DNA from: Mizuhopecten yessoensis
Taxonomy: Eukaryota
Direction of reading: 5' to 3'
Assembly: GCF_002113885.1 (NCBI RefSeq)
Contig: NW_018480066.1
Location: 651,786-715,785, forward strand
DNA length: 64,000 bases
Positions 39,901 through 49,975 of the stretch are shown here, piece after piece. Each line of letters opens with the position of its first letter. Position 1 is the stretch's first letter. The notes under the pieces are model-generated. The model was not told the DNA's origin and made no database searches. It saw only the letters and a list, made by a program, of their open reading frames with translations. The position numbers were made by a program, and so were the translations under genes.

Positions 39901-42900
39901 TCTGTTTACAGTCGACACTCAGAGCCAGCTGGCCATTGCTGTTGAAAAGGAGCGGTCAGCCAATGAGAATGTGATTGACCTCACGTCCAATGTGACTGCC
40001 CTGGAATCTCAGAATTGTCGTCTGCGTCAGGAGAAGTCACAACACATTGCTCAGCTAGAGATGCTAAAGACACGCGTTGAGGTATTGGAGGATGCCAAAA
40101 ATAGGTAAGTTAAAAGACATGTGACCTATTGTAGGTTGACTGGTGTACTGAAGTGTGAAAAAAGGTAAAAATAATATTTCATAATATTAGGACCAAATGT
40201 CAAGTGGCAAGATCATTACACATGGAATATTCAGAAAAAGCGTTTTTCTCCTGCCCACACAACTCCAACAACCCAGGTGGAGAATAAATTGCCTGTGGTG
40301 GATGTTGCGGTATCTGTGCTGTGCTGTAGCATTCAAGTGAGGTAGCACTATAAATGATGCCGTTGGAAGCATAGTCCCACTACAAACAGAACACAATACA
40401 TCTCCAGCACCCACGCAGGCATACACACATATAAAGCCAGGTGGTATAGGACAAGTATTTAGCACCTGATAAGGCAGCTCCTGCAAATTCCACAAACTTG
40501 TATTGATTAATGTATTTAATAATTGTAATGATTGTATAAATTGTATATCTATGAACTATAAAGCACTTTAGAGTGGCTTGTTCTAGCTAGATAGGGCACT
40601 ATATCAAACGTTGTATATTTATTTATTTATATATTATTATTATTAAACTCCTTCAAATTTCCTCTCTTTGATTTACGACAACGAAATTTCATATTCCTTG
40701 ATCAGAATATTTTTGCCTGTACATGTGTACTAGTGATTTTGAACAGACATGATGATAAATGATGACTTTGTTGAGGGTTATCGGTGCTAGAACGGCAGAT
40801 TTTATGTTTAGTGGTTTATAATTTTGGCTATTTCTTTACAATACGTTCATATTTCAGTGAAACTGCTCAAATTGAAATAGTGAAACACCAGATGTCTCAG
40901 GAATTATCAGAAGTCAAAAAGGAGAAGATGTTTCTGGAGACACAGCTGGACATGGAGAGGACTAAGTTGGACCAGGAGAAGAAGAAGATGGCCATAGCTC
41001 AAGATCAGATAGCCCAGCTTGTAAGTACACCATGAAACAGCAGGCCAAATTGGTAGAGTGCCCATCTCGAGTTCAGAGTGTCCTGAGTTCGAATCCTGGT
41101 CTTGCCATGCACTTTTCCACTCCCATTACACAATTGGTGAGCTTGCCAACCCTTGGTTTATGTACTAGGTGAATACTTGTCAAGGGGATACCCAAACCTG
41201 AGTTGTAAATAGTTGTAACTTCAGAGAAAAACGGAGGGAGGAATGGAGATGAACTAGACATTGTCAATTTCAGTGACCAGGTAGCTGAACTGGTAGAGTG
41301 TCCGTCTAGAGTTAGGAGGGTCCCTGGTTCAAATTCCGGTCTGGCCATGCATTTTTCCAAAGGTATACTCACCTGTATTTTGATTTTAAGGTAAAATAAC
41401 CTGTATTTAGGTAAAAGATAAAGTTTCTTGTATTTTGACTAGGAGCGGGAAATCCAGAGGCCACACTCTCGTGGATCAATGTCTCCCCAGAACCTCCAGC
41501 GGATGGACAGCATGTCAAGCTTTGGTGAACCGTCCGCTCTCAACACGTCCTTTACCCAGGTCTGTTAAATGTTTGTTGTCTTTATTGATAATTGTCTAAA
41601 TAAATATATACATGCTTAGTACAGTAAAAACATGTTTATAACATATACCAAGAGACCTACAAAATGAGTCCTCTTCAGTAAAACATGTTTATAACATACC
41701 AAGAGACCTACAAAATGAGTCCTCTTCAGTAAAACATGTTTATAACATATCAAGAGACCTACAAAACGAGTCCTCTTCAGTAAAAAATGTTTATAACATA
41801 CCAAGAGACCTACAAAATGAGTCCTCTTCAGTAAAACATGTTTAAAATGAACCACAGGGGACTAATAAGTTCTCTTTAGTAAAACATGTTTATAACAAAC
41901 CCAAAGGACCTAAACAATTAGTTCTCTACAGTGAAACATGATATACTGGTAACATTAAATAGTTACCAAAGAATAAGCCCTTTATTGTAAAAATAATAAT
42001 AATGATAAACCACAGGACCTATGAAATTGATTTATTATAAGCATTATTTGTATAAAATCAATGTCCAATAATATGATTTGGTTAAAGCAAGAATCTACAA
42101 TAAGCATAGTAGAACTTAACTTGTTAACTTCTGGTCTTTGTTTAACAGAGACATTGCCGGTAGAATCACTTTGTCCGTCTACATATACCTTTCTAGAAGA
42201 TAACTCCAGTTTTGATAGGCTGATTGGTACCAATCGTCTGATGTTTGTTCATAGTCATTGAAGAGAGACCCCTGTTATTTTTGTGTGGTTGGGAGTTTAT
42301 GTCAAGGTCGCTGTTACTAAGTAGAAGAAAAATGTTAAAGAAATAACTTTCAAACACAACGTGTTGATGACCCCTATTCCTGAGGGTATGAAGTTAAGAT
42401 AAATGTCACTACAACAAGAAATGAAAAAAAATCACCCATTAAATTTCTTCTTTAGGTGAGTTGATGAGGTGGATTAGGAGTAGACCTGAGTTTGACAGTG
42501 GGTAGAACCCATTCATACATACCGATTGGTTAATGGATTCAACACACCTGCGATCTACTCTCTCCTGTCTGTTTGAATACTGAATCTTTTATGCGAGAGA
42601 CTTATAATTAAAAAAGCATCATGTGTCAGTTGACTATGTGTGTCGAGTCATAGTGTGAACTTTCGTGTCAGTTGACTATGTGTGTCGAGTCATAGTGTGA
42701 ACTTTAGTGTCAGTTGACTATGTGTGTCGAGTCATAGTGTGAACTTTAGTATCAAGGATGACCCAGAGTTTAGGTGGACTTTCTAGAATGATGTTGAGAT
42801 TGGATCGATTTTGTTTTCAGGAAAAAATTGCCTTTGAAACTAGTGTTTCTGTGATGTTTTTGAAGATTGTGTTGACTTTGTTATCTTGAATTTGTGTTAC

Positions 42901-45165
42901 TAGGATGACCTTGAAAGGAACTTCCTGTTGTCCCCTGGGAGTAGTGGACTTGGAAGTCTGACAAAGTCCAGTCTGTATGAGAACATCAGACATAGTGGTG
43001 CTGCCAATCTACTGGAGAATCTACAGTCACAGCTAAAACTCCGGGAAGGGGAGATCACTCAGTTACAGGTACGTTCCATAGATTTGTAGAGGTTTGTGAG
43101 GACCTGGAAATGACCTTGTAATCTAGACACTCTGTGTAAAATTTAACTTTCAAAGTCAAATTATTGACAAGTTTTCAATACTCTGTAAAATATTTTCAAA
43201 ATTGATAAAATTCAGTGACAAAAGCATGTTTGAAATTATGCCAGGCTTTCACTCAGGATGCTATGCAGAATGTTGCTCAATAAGAAATGCATCGACATAT
43301 AATAATACACTGCAGTACTTGTCAAAAACGTGTGTATTACTGAGAAAACATTCAGATGGATTTTGTAACGTTGTTTTCCAGAGTGAAATCCAACAACTTG
43401 AGAGGACTAGGGAATCCATGGCTCGAGAGCTTGTCAATCTGACCAATCAGAATGAAGATCTCAAGAGTCAGGTGGAGTCATTACCAGTGATTAAGAACCA
43501 AATGCAGGTGTGTACAACACCCGAACGAGGTGTTTTCTGTTATTTTTTATTTCATTGTTGAATAATGTCAAGCTTTGTCATATCAGTGGAGTTTACCTCC
43601 ATATTCATCAAGAACAGTGTTTAATTGAAATAACCTCCCATGTATTTGTTATCACCAGGATCTAAACCAGAGATACAATGCCATGCTACAGATGTACGGT
43701 GAGAAGGTGGAGGAAGCCGAGGAGCTTAAGATGGATCTCCATGATGTCAAAGAGATGTACAAAACTCAGGTAAAATCTTAGTTGTGTAATTTGATGTCAA
43801 AGAGATGTACAAAACTCAGGGAAAATCTTAATTGTGTAATTTGATTTCAAAGAGATGTACAAAACCCAGGTAAAATCTTAGTTGTTTAATTTGATGTCAA
43901 AGAGATGCACAAAACTCAGGTAAAATATTACTGTGTAATTTGATGTCAAAGAGATGTACAAAACTCAGGTAAAATCTTACTGTGTAATTTGATGTCAAGG
44001 AAATTTACAAGACTGTGGTTAAATTCTTACTAGTGTGATGTCAAGGAGATGTACAAAACTCAGATAAAAATCTTTATATGTAATTTGATGTCAGGAGGTG
44101 TACATAACTCAAATAAAACTCATTCAAAATATACTTACACAATTGACCAATTTCAAAATCATCATCTAATGAGTTACTTGAACATGTAGTGGCGGGCGGG
44201 CGGGNNNNNNNNNNNNNNNNNNNNNNNNNNNNNNNNNNNNNNNNNNNNNNNNNNNNNNNNNNNNNNNNNNNNNNNNNNNNNNNNNNNNNNNNNNNNNNNN
44301 NNNNNNNNNNNNNNNNNNNNNNNNNNNNNNNNNNNNNNNNNNNNNNNNNNNNNNNNNNNNNNNNNNNNNNNNNNNNNNNNNNNNNNNNNNNNNNNNNNNN
44401 NNNNNNNNNNNNNNNNNNNNNNNNNNNNNNNNNNNNNNNNNNNNNNNNNNNNNNNNNNNNNNNNNNNNNNNNNNNNNNNNNNNNNNNNNNNNNNNNNNNN
44501 NNNNNNNNNNNNNNNNNNNNNNNNNNNNNNNNNNNNNNNNNNNNNNNNNNNNNNNNNNNNNNNNNNNNNNNNNNNNNNNNNNNNNNNNNNNNNNNNNNNN
44601 NNNNNNNNNNNNNNNNNNNNNNNNNNNNNNNNNNNNNNNNNNNNNNNNNNNNNNNNNNNNNNNNNNNNNNNNNNNNNNNNNNNNNNNNNNNNNNNNNNTC
44701 GGACAAGTTCGATAACCGCCATTATCCGACCGTAATTATTGGAGTTATTCCCCTTGGTTTCATTAATGCGATGCATGCGTTCCATGATGTTGTATTGCAC
44801 TCATTGATCTACCAGTTATGTTGAATGATTTCTCTTTTAATATCAATTACTCACAAATACTTCATATATTTCAATCATACAAACAACTGCTCATTCAATG
44901 TGTGGCGGGCGTATTATATACCGCCCGCGGTAACCTTGTTTTTTTATCTTTTTGTCATCATGACATGTCATGTGAAATGTGATTGGTGACTTGTCAATAC
45001 CTGGGACAACATATCTATAAATAGTGGTAGTGCTGTAGTGTTAACTGTTCCATATTTTTTTTCGACTTTAACATTTGATGACGGATTGGATCTCTGGAAA
45101 AGTGCCTTGGTAAAATTTAATTAGTTTTGTTTGTTTTGCAGATTGATCATTTACTCACAAAGTGA
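15925..45165 (+). CDS. TMF1: TATA element modulatory factor 1 (golgin TMF/ARA160), complete multi-exon gene
   Basis: N-terminus MSWWNASSFSDLASQAIKNAQKKIDKVLEI; GEKLSKQQLQSNNIVKKLR; ATRPLLRQIENLQ; C-terminal LQSQLKLREGE..YNAMLQMYGEKVEEAEELKMDLHDVKEMYKTQI. Phase-consistent GT-AG exons: 15925-16045, 16392-18455, 18977-19038, 31967-32070, 32614-32731, 33469-33524, 33803-33867, 34125-34221, 35470-35555, 35867-35928, 36238-36302, 37439-37595, 38455-38547, 39178-39232, 39553-39654, 39912-40104, 40858-41020, 41443-41559, 42904-43068, 43382-43507, 43659-43769, 45142-45165. Confidence 0.95.
20393..20734. mobile_element. hAT-type MITE
   Basis: TIRs cagggctgcaacaata / tattgttgcagccgga; exact 8-bp TSD GTCTCTAG (20385-20392 and 20735-20742); subterminal ACGAT repeats. 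Confidence 0.85.
22189..22363. repeat. 34-bp minisatellite, about 5 copies
   Basis: ggtggtatccttaagactactggaaacagttcta repeated. Confidence 0.9.
22525..22830 (-). mobile_element. Near-complete TRIM with tRNA-derived LTRs (Helenus-type), family A
   Basis: Minus strand: 5' LTR TGT..ACA (22830-22696) holding a tRNA-like A/B-box unit; PBS TGGCGCCC (22691-22684); short internal region; PPT ggaggaatggaggaa (22612-22598); internally deleted 3' LTR (22597-22525); flanks AATA/AATG. Confidence 0.85.
23440..23942. repeat. Compound minisatellite: 28-bp units grading into 75-bp units
   Basis: agccaagtacaataatgtacaattgttt repeats, then a 75-bp period (23705, 23780, 23855, 23930) containing the same core. 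Confidence 0.88.
24975..25058 (+). CDS. Candidate TMF1 cassette exon (84 nt, LQTVPEHTEVRLTRDSYCDSTSTSMASE)
   Basis: tttcag acceptor, GAG|gtttgg donor, open, phase 0-0 matching the host intron. Confidence 0.45.
25816..25898. mobile_element. Tiny TTAA-flanked MITE (piggyBac-like)
   Basis: TTAA-ctcattcacccctgaa ... ttcagggatgaatgaa-TTAA. Confidence 0.65.
27573..27641 (+). CDS. Candidate TMF1 cassette exon (69 nt, STTTNNTPTPPISPQTGISAGGQ)
   Basis: cttgtag acceptor, strong CAG|gtaagc donor, open, phase 0-0, GC-richer than flanks. Confidence 0.55.
28444..29043. repeat. 21-bp minisatellite with higher-order structure
   Basis: tactttatttgacttttgtgt repeats with recurring deletion variants. Confidence 0.92.
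29565..29716 (-). mobile_element. Degenerate solo tRNA-derived LTR
   Basis: Minus strand starts TGTaacgtgact; has ggtagttcagttggta and gggttcgaatcctggtctgg as in the family A LTR. Confidence 0.5.
29768..30327. repeat. 19-bp minisatellite, about 29 copies, two interspersed variants
   Basis: accacaaggtcattattat / accacaaggtcattgttgt. Confidence 0.95.
34205..34662 (+). repeat. 51-bp tandem repeat (about 9 copies) whose first copy spans the TMF1 exon/intron junction at 34221/34222
   Basis: Exonic ctgttaacaagtcagaa|gtaggtgtctatcattaacattctgtttacctcc is followed by copies ctgttaaccagtcaaaagtcagtgtct... Confidence 0.92.
34778..35418 (+). mobile_element. HINE/pearl-like non-autonomous Helentron
   Basis: ttttagcccacc hairpin (agcccaccatca..tgatggtgggct), gtcc microsatellite, two internal repeats, 3' ggtgggc + hairpin + ctcttgt. 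Confidence 0.8.
36540..37423 (+). mobile_element. HINE/pearl-like non-autonomous Helentron ending about 15 bp upstream of a TMF1 acceptor
   Basis: ttattagtccc start, tccgtccgtc, about 140-bp internal repeats, 3' ggggac + palindrome gtattgctttagcaatac + cttgtt. Confidence 0.78.
38532..38683 (+). repeat. Four perfect 38-bp copies spanning the TMF1 donor at 38547/38548
   Basis: ctcggaccttcagatg|gtaggtatttacttactggtgg x4 (38532, 38570, 38608, 38646). Confidence 0.97.
40190..40645 (+). mobile_element. Probable SINE or LINE2-type 3' end
   Basis: taaagcactttagag...gggcactatatcaaa followed by a (TTA)n tail. Confidence 0.4.
41041..41358 (+). mobile_element. TRIM with two tRNA-derived LTRs (Helenus-type, family A relative), decayed
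   Basis: tRNA-like unit ending ttACA at 41130; TGG-starting PBS-like site at 41135; purine tract gagaaaaacggagggaggaatggaga; second tRNA-like unit at about 41275-41347. Confidence 0.78.
41620..41940. repeat. 51-bp minisatellite, about 5-6 copies
   Basis: cagtaaaacatgtttataacataccaagagacctacaaaatgagtcctctt. Confidence 0.9.
42623..42750. repeat. 42-bp tandem repeat x3
   Basis: gtgtcagttgactatgtgtgtcgagtcatagtgtgaacttt. Confidence 0.9.
43742..44115 (+). repeat. About 50-bp tandem repeat (7-8 copies) whose first copy spans the TMF1 donor at 43769/43770
   Basis: gatgtcaaagagatgtacaaaactcag|gtaaaatcttagttgtgtaattt repeated, diverging with distance. Confidence 0.93.
44185..44941 (+). mobile_element. 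Probable HINE-like element spanning assembly gap 44205-44698
   Basis: (GGGC)n before the gap; 3' ggcgggcg..ccgcccgcgg hairpin and ccttgtt end. Confidence 0.5.
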
Positions 45166-45446
45166 ACAGGATAGAGATTGGTGCTAAGTGCAATAGAGGA
45201 GAGATGTGGTATTCTCCCACCCTTCACAGGTGTGTCTCCCCGGGAAAGATCAGCTTGTCACCCTCTAGGGGTAGATAGCCTCGTGGCGATTAGCACGTGT
45301 TCAATTGTGACGTCATTAAAATGCGTCATCGGTAATTATGACGTCATCAAAAGTGAATAACGATAGGCATACCCACGTGTTTTTGTTTACAAACATGGCA
45401 GACTACTGTTGGTGGAGCTGTGACTGAAATAATGGGATGGGAGAAA

Positions 45447-45662
45447 AATAATCATCCCCTACCTTGAAGGTGTAACAGAAATCTCAAACCCTCTGGATGA
45501 TTTTTATCTCAAACCCTCTGGATGATTTTTATCTCAAACCCTCTGGATGATTGTTTTGGTTGTCTAACCCCCGGCAGAGCCCCGGGTTAGACAACCAAAA
45601 AACATCACCCCTCGGGTTGGAGAATTCTCTGTCACACCCTCAAGTTAGGGGAAGATTCTATT
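45447..45662. mobile_element. Palindromic (foldback) MITE in the probable TMF1 3' UTR
   Basis: Left arm aataatcatcccctaccttgaaggtgtaacaga..aaccc pairs with right arm gggtt..tctgtcacaccctcaagttaggggaagattctatt; core ttttggttgtctaaccc / gggttagacaaccaaaa. Confidence 0.8.
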
Positions 45663-48509
45663 AATCAACTGGATCTCTACAGCAACATATCTTATGTATT
45701 TCAAATCGTAAGCTGTCATGACGCCTTCAACAACAAACGTGAACAGAGTGGATGTTATGATTTACAGTTCTAAAGATGACCATTTTGTTGTAATTGATGA
45801 CCATGGTGACAGTGAAATTCATTATTGGTTATTTAAAGACTTTGTGAAATGCAATTCTAAATATAATTGTATGCAAGATGAAAATCCAAAATACCGATAT
45901 GGCAAATATTTAAAATATGTTGTGAATTTTATCGACTGATGTGGCTTCAGTCACAGGTGATGTTTGTCTGGTGTTAATACTTATTTATCTTTTGTGTTTG
46001 TTACGGTTATAACTACTAGATACTCCATGTTAGGGAGATCTTGATGCAGTACAGCAAGATATCAGAAGCTGCAGGCTAAACCTTAACCTTATTGGAAGGA
46101 GCAGGATTTAGGTCTAGATCTTTATAAACTGCTATCAATTTTTATTTTAACCAACATTCTCATTTTCTGCACACATTATCTTTTAGCATAATGGCATACC
46201 GACGGAAAATTATTTCACAGGTCTTCTTAGACAGGGAATAAGTCTTTTAATAATGTCAGTTCTAAATTCTTCAAGTAGGTTAACCAGTATCCTTTATAGG
46301 ATGTGTTGCTACACTGATTATATTCTAAACCATGCATGTTAACCAGGACCCGTTCTTATGCAGGGTTGGGGCCATTACTGAAATAAATATTTGGGGTTCG
46401 GAGGTTGATCCAGGTCATGGTGGGGTTTTTGTGACCCCTATTAATCACAATAACTTTTTTCTGCCAGGAAACGCTGTACGAATGCTAACAGTTAAATACT
46501 CTCCATCATCCATATTTTATCAATTACCATGTTCCCCTGCTGCTGATGTATCTGGAACAGTCCTTAAGGGTATCCATGTAATGTTGATTTATTAATACCA
46601 AGGTTTTTTTTAAACCTGTATGTATATGTTAGTGGAATAAGTCATGGAAACATAACCCAGGTTACTCATCATCTATCAAACATAGGTTTATCCTACTTTG
46701 GGCTTTCAACATAAATATAATTATGTTATAGTCGATATATGGAGTAAGTTAGTTTAGTGCAAATATCATCATACATTTTGCATGTATATAGAACTATATT
46801 GCTGTATGAAAATGCTATGCTTTATATAATATCACAATTTATCATACAATTCATCTAACAAATCGAGTGTTTACGATAATCCACCTAGCTAGATAGAAAT
46901 GTTGGTATTATTGTGTACATTAATGCACATGTTGTATAATAGTATCTAACATGGGAAGTTATCGTCTAGTGTGTAGAGAGTTCCATAATTTTTCACGCTG
47001 AATTGTGTACATTCCAAATACACAACATAAATAGAAGTTTTTTGAAAATCCTTTGTATGTGTAGATGTCCTAGCTGTAGTAAAGTCTTGCTGTGATAAAA
47101 ACCATTTAACCTTGTACTGTGTGTATTTTGTGTATATCTTTGCAATTAAAAATTGTGAATACAAGGTACAAATAAATTTCAAATTGAATGGAGCAATTTG
47201 ATTAATTCTGATTTGCATACAAATATGAAGTACCTAACTTGAAAACTGTGTGAGTAGATATCTTGAATGTTACAGTTCTCGATAGTGTCAGTTTACTTGT
47301 ATAATGATGAATGGTACAGGCATATTGTCCAATAACTATAGACTTCCAAAAATGTACACCTGTTATGGGAATGAACCATTACATGAATGTTACACTATGT
47401 AAAACATAGTAAAGTAAAACCAATGTATCTATATAATCGTGGTGTAGTGTAACTATACCCTAGTCTGAGGAGATTACACTTAGCTAAAACATCACCCTTT
47501 ATATCTGTTCAACTTAATATAATCTACAAACATATTGACAATATACCTGTACACTACCAAGGCATGCTTGGCTGGGAATTGAGGAGGCTGGAAACTGAAA
47601 CTTGATAATAGATTATGTTTATCTAAATTAGTCCTGATGGTTAGCTTGCAATCTATTCATGAAGTCAATTTTCCTGACAGTTTTAACAATGCAGGTACCA
47701 TTGTCTGCATGGTAATAAATTCCTTACTGGTAAGTCAGGAAAGTTTTAATATTCAATAACTTCGGCCGCATTCGTTTATCGAGATCCAAACGGTTGAACC
47801 AGTTGGACCAGAGTTGTTCGGTTTATGACTGGAGGTCAGACCTAGTAATCTGATGCTGCTTTCAGGTGAGCCTTGACATAAATGTTTAATGTTTGCAGGT
47901 CCTCCAGGATTTATACCCAAAAATGTTACATTTAAAAACAGACAAACCGGTTGAACCAGATACGCAAAGGGGCCTTTGAGTATACACTGGTTAAATTTTT
48001 CATTTGACATTTTCATTACATAATTTTAAGTACATATAACTGATCATTTCAGGGTATTCAGATTGCTAGGTACTCTTGGGAAGCCTCTTGTCTTATATAC
48101 TTAAAAATTAGCAGGTATATAGTAGTGCTATTAAAATGGTTTAGAACAGGACAGTATCTTTGTACATAGAGGGGACTCTCGTTTAATCAACTTAAAGCCT
48201 CATTTCTGGAAACAATAATACAACTATAGCAAAAACATAAACATGGGAAGCAAATTATTATTTTTATGTTTTTATATTCATTACTTTAAAATGGTGTCCA
48301 GCATTGTGAGTCAGTAATGACCAAGACCTACTTTTACTATTTATTTCAATGGTTAATGCTGTCTGTTTTTGAGGTTAGTCTGAATGTGAACAGGTTTCAA
48401 ATGATGTATGGATGAAATTTCAAGTTCACATTAAAATGTGGGAAATAAATTATTGATTATGGAATGACTGTCTTTGTTTTTGTGTATCACCGTCATTTTG
48501 TTTTCATTG

Positions 48510-49540
48510 AGATACCGGGTACATCTGTCATTAAGATCTAATGTCAGGTATACAATACTAGTGAGATATCCGGCATCTGACATTAAGATCTAATATCAGG
48601 TATACAATACTAGTGAGATATCGAGTACATCTGACATTAAGATCTAATGTCAGGTATACAATACTAGTGATATATCAGGTATTTGACATTAAGATCTAAT
48701 ATCGGGTATACAATACTAGTGAGATATCAGGTATATCTGACATTAAGATCTAATATCAGGTATACAATACTAGCGAGATATCAGGTACATCTGACATTAA
48801 GAGCTGATGTACTACAATACTAGAGAGATATCTGGTACATCTGACATTAAGATCATTTAACAGAAATACAATACTAGTGAGATATTTGGTACATCTGACA
48901 TTAAGATCTAATATCAGGTATACAATACTAGTGAGATATTTGGTACATCTTACATTAAGATCTAATATTAGGTATACAATACTAGTGAGATATTGGGTAC
49001 ATCTGTCATTAAGATCTGATGTTAGGTATACAATACTAGTGAGATATCGGGTATCCGACATTAAGATCTAATATCAGGTATACAATACTAGTGAGATATT
49101 GGGTACATCTGACATTAAGATCTGATGTCAGGTATACAATACTAGTGAGATATTGGGTACATCTGTCATTAAGATCTGATGTCAGGTATACAATACTAGT
49201 GAGATATCAGGTATACAATACTAGTGAGATATCGAGTACATCTGACATTAAGATCTGACGTCAGGTATACAATACTAGTGAGATATTGGGTACATCTGGC
49301 ATTAAGATCTAATATCAGGTATACAATACTAGTGAGATATCGGGTATCAGACATTAAGATCTGATGTCAGGTATACAATACTAGTGAGATATTGGGTACA
49401 TCTGGCATTAAGATCTAATATCAGGTATACAATACTAGTGAGATATTGGGTATCTGACATTAAGATCTGATGTCAGGTATACAATACTAGTGAGATATTT
49501 GGTACATCTGACAGAATGATCTGATGTCAGGAATACAATA
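48510..49540. repeat. 52-54-bp minisatellite (about 19 copies) between the convergent TMF1 and CFAP299 3' ends
   Basis: gagatatcgggtacatctgacattaagatctaatatcaggtatacaatactagt. Confidence 0.95.
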
Positions 49541-49975
49541 GTAGGGAGAAATCAGGATTTCAACACTGGTTGGGAAATATTCAGTACTCAAGGCTTGTTT
49601 TTTGAAGTAACAAAAATGAAAACAAAATCCATTGACATTTGAAAATACATGATTTACTTCAACATAAGTTTATAAATATATTTTAAAGAAATAATCTGGA
49701 GTTTAATATACCCAACTTATTTCTCAATAAACATGAATGCCACACAAACACAGTGTGTGTGACCACTGCTATCACAAGGTTGCCTCTTCTAGGGAAATGC
49801 AGAAGGGACAAGTTTCTGGAAAGATCAGTCTTGGTGAGGTTTTGTCATAATTTATGTAGATAACACATTTTTAAGAACTTCCAGACGTTATGAAGCAGGT
49901 GGAGCCAGATCTTTGTGTACAGATTCTCGCAACTAAAGGATTCTAGAGTGTCAGTTTAATCTTGTAACAAACAAA

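Noticed and set aside
41275-41347. Genuine tRNA genes at about 12270, 22720-22790, 41275 and 55490
   Set aside because: Stems are mismatched and the units sit inside TG..CA LTRs; they are TE-derived
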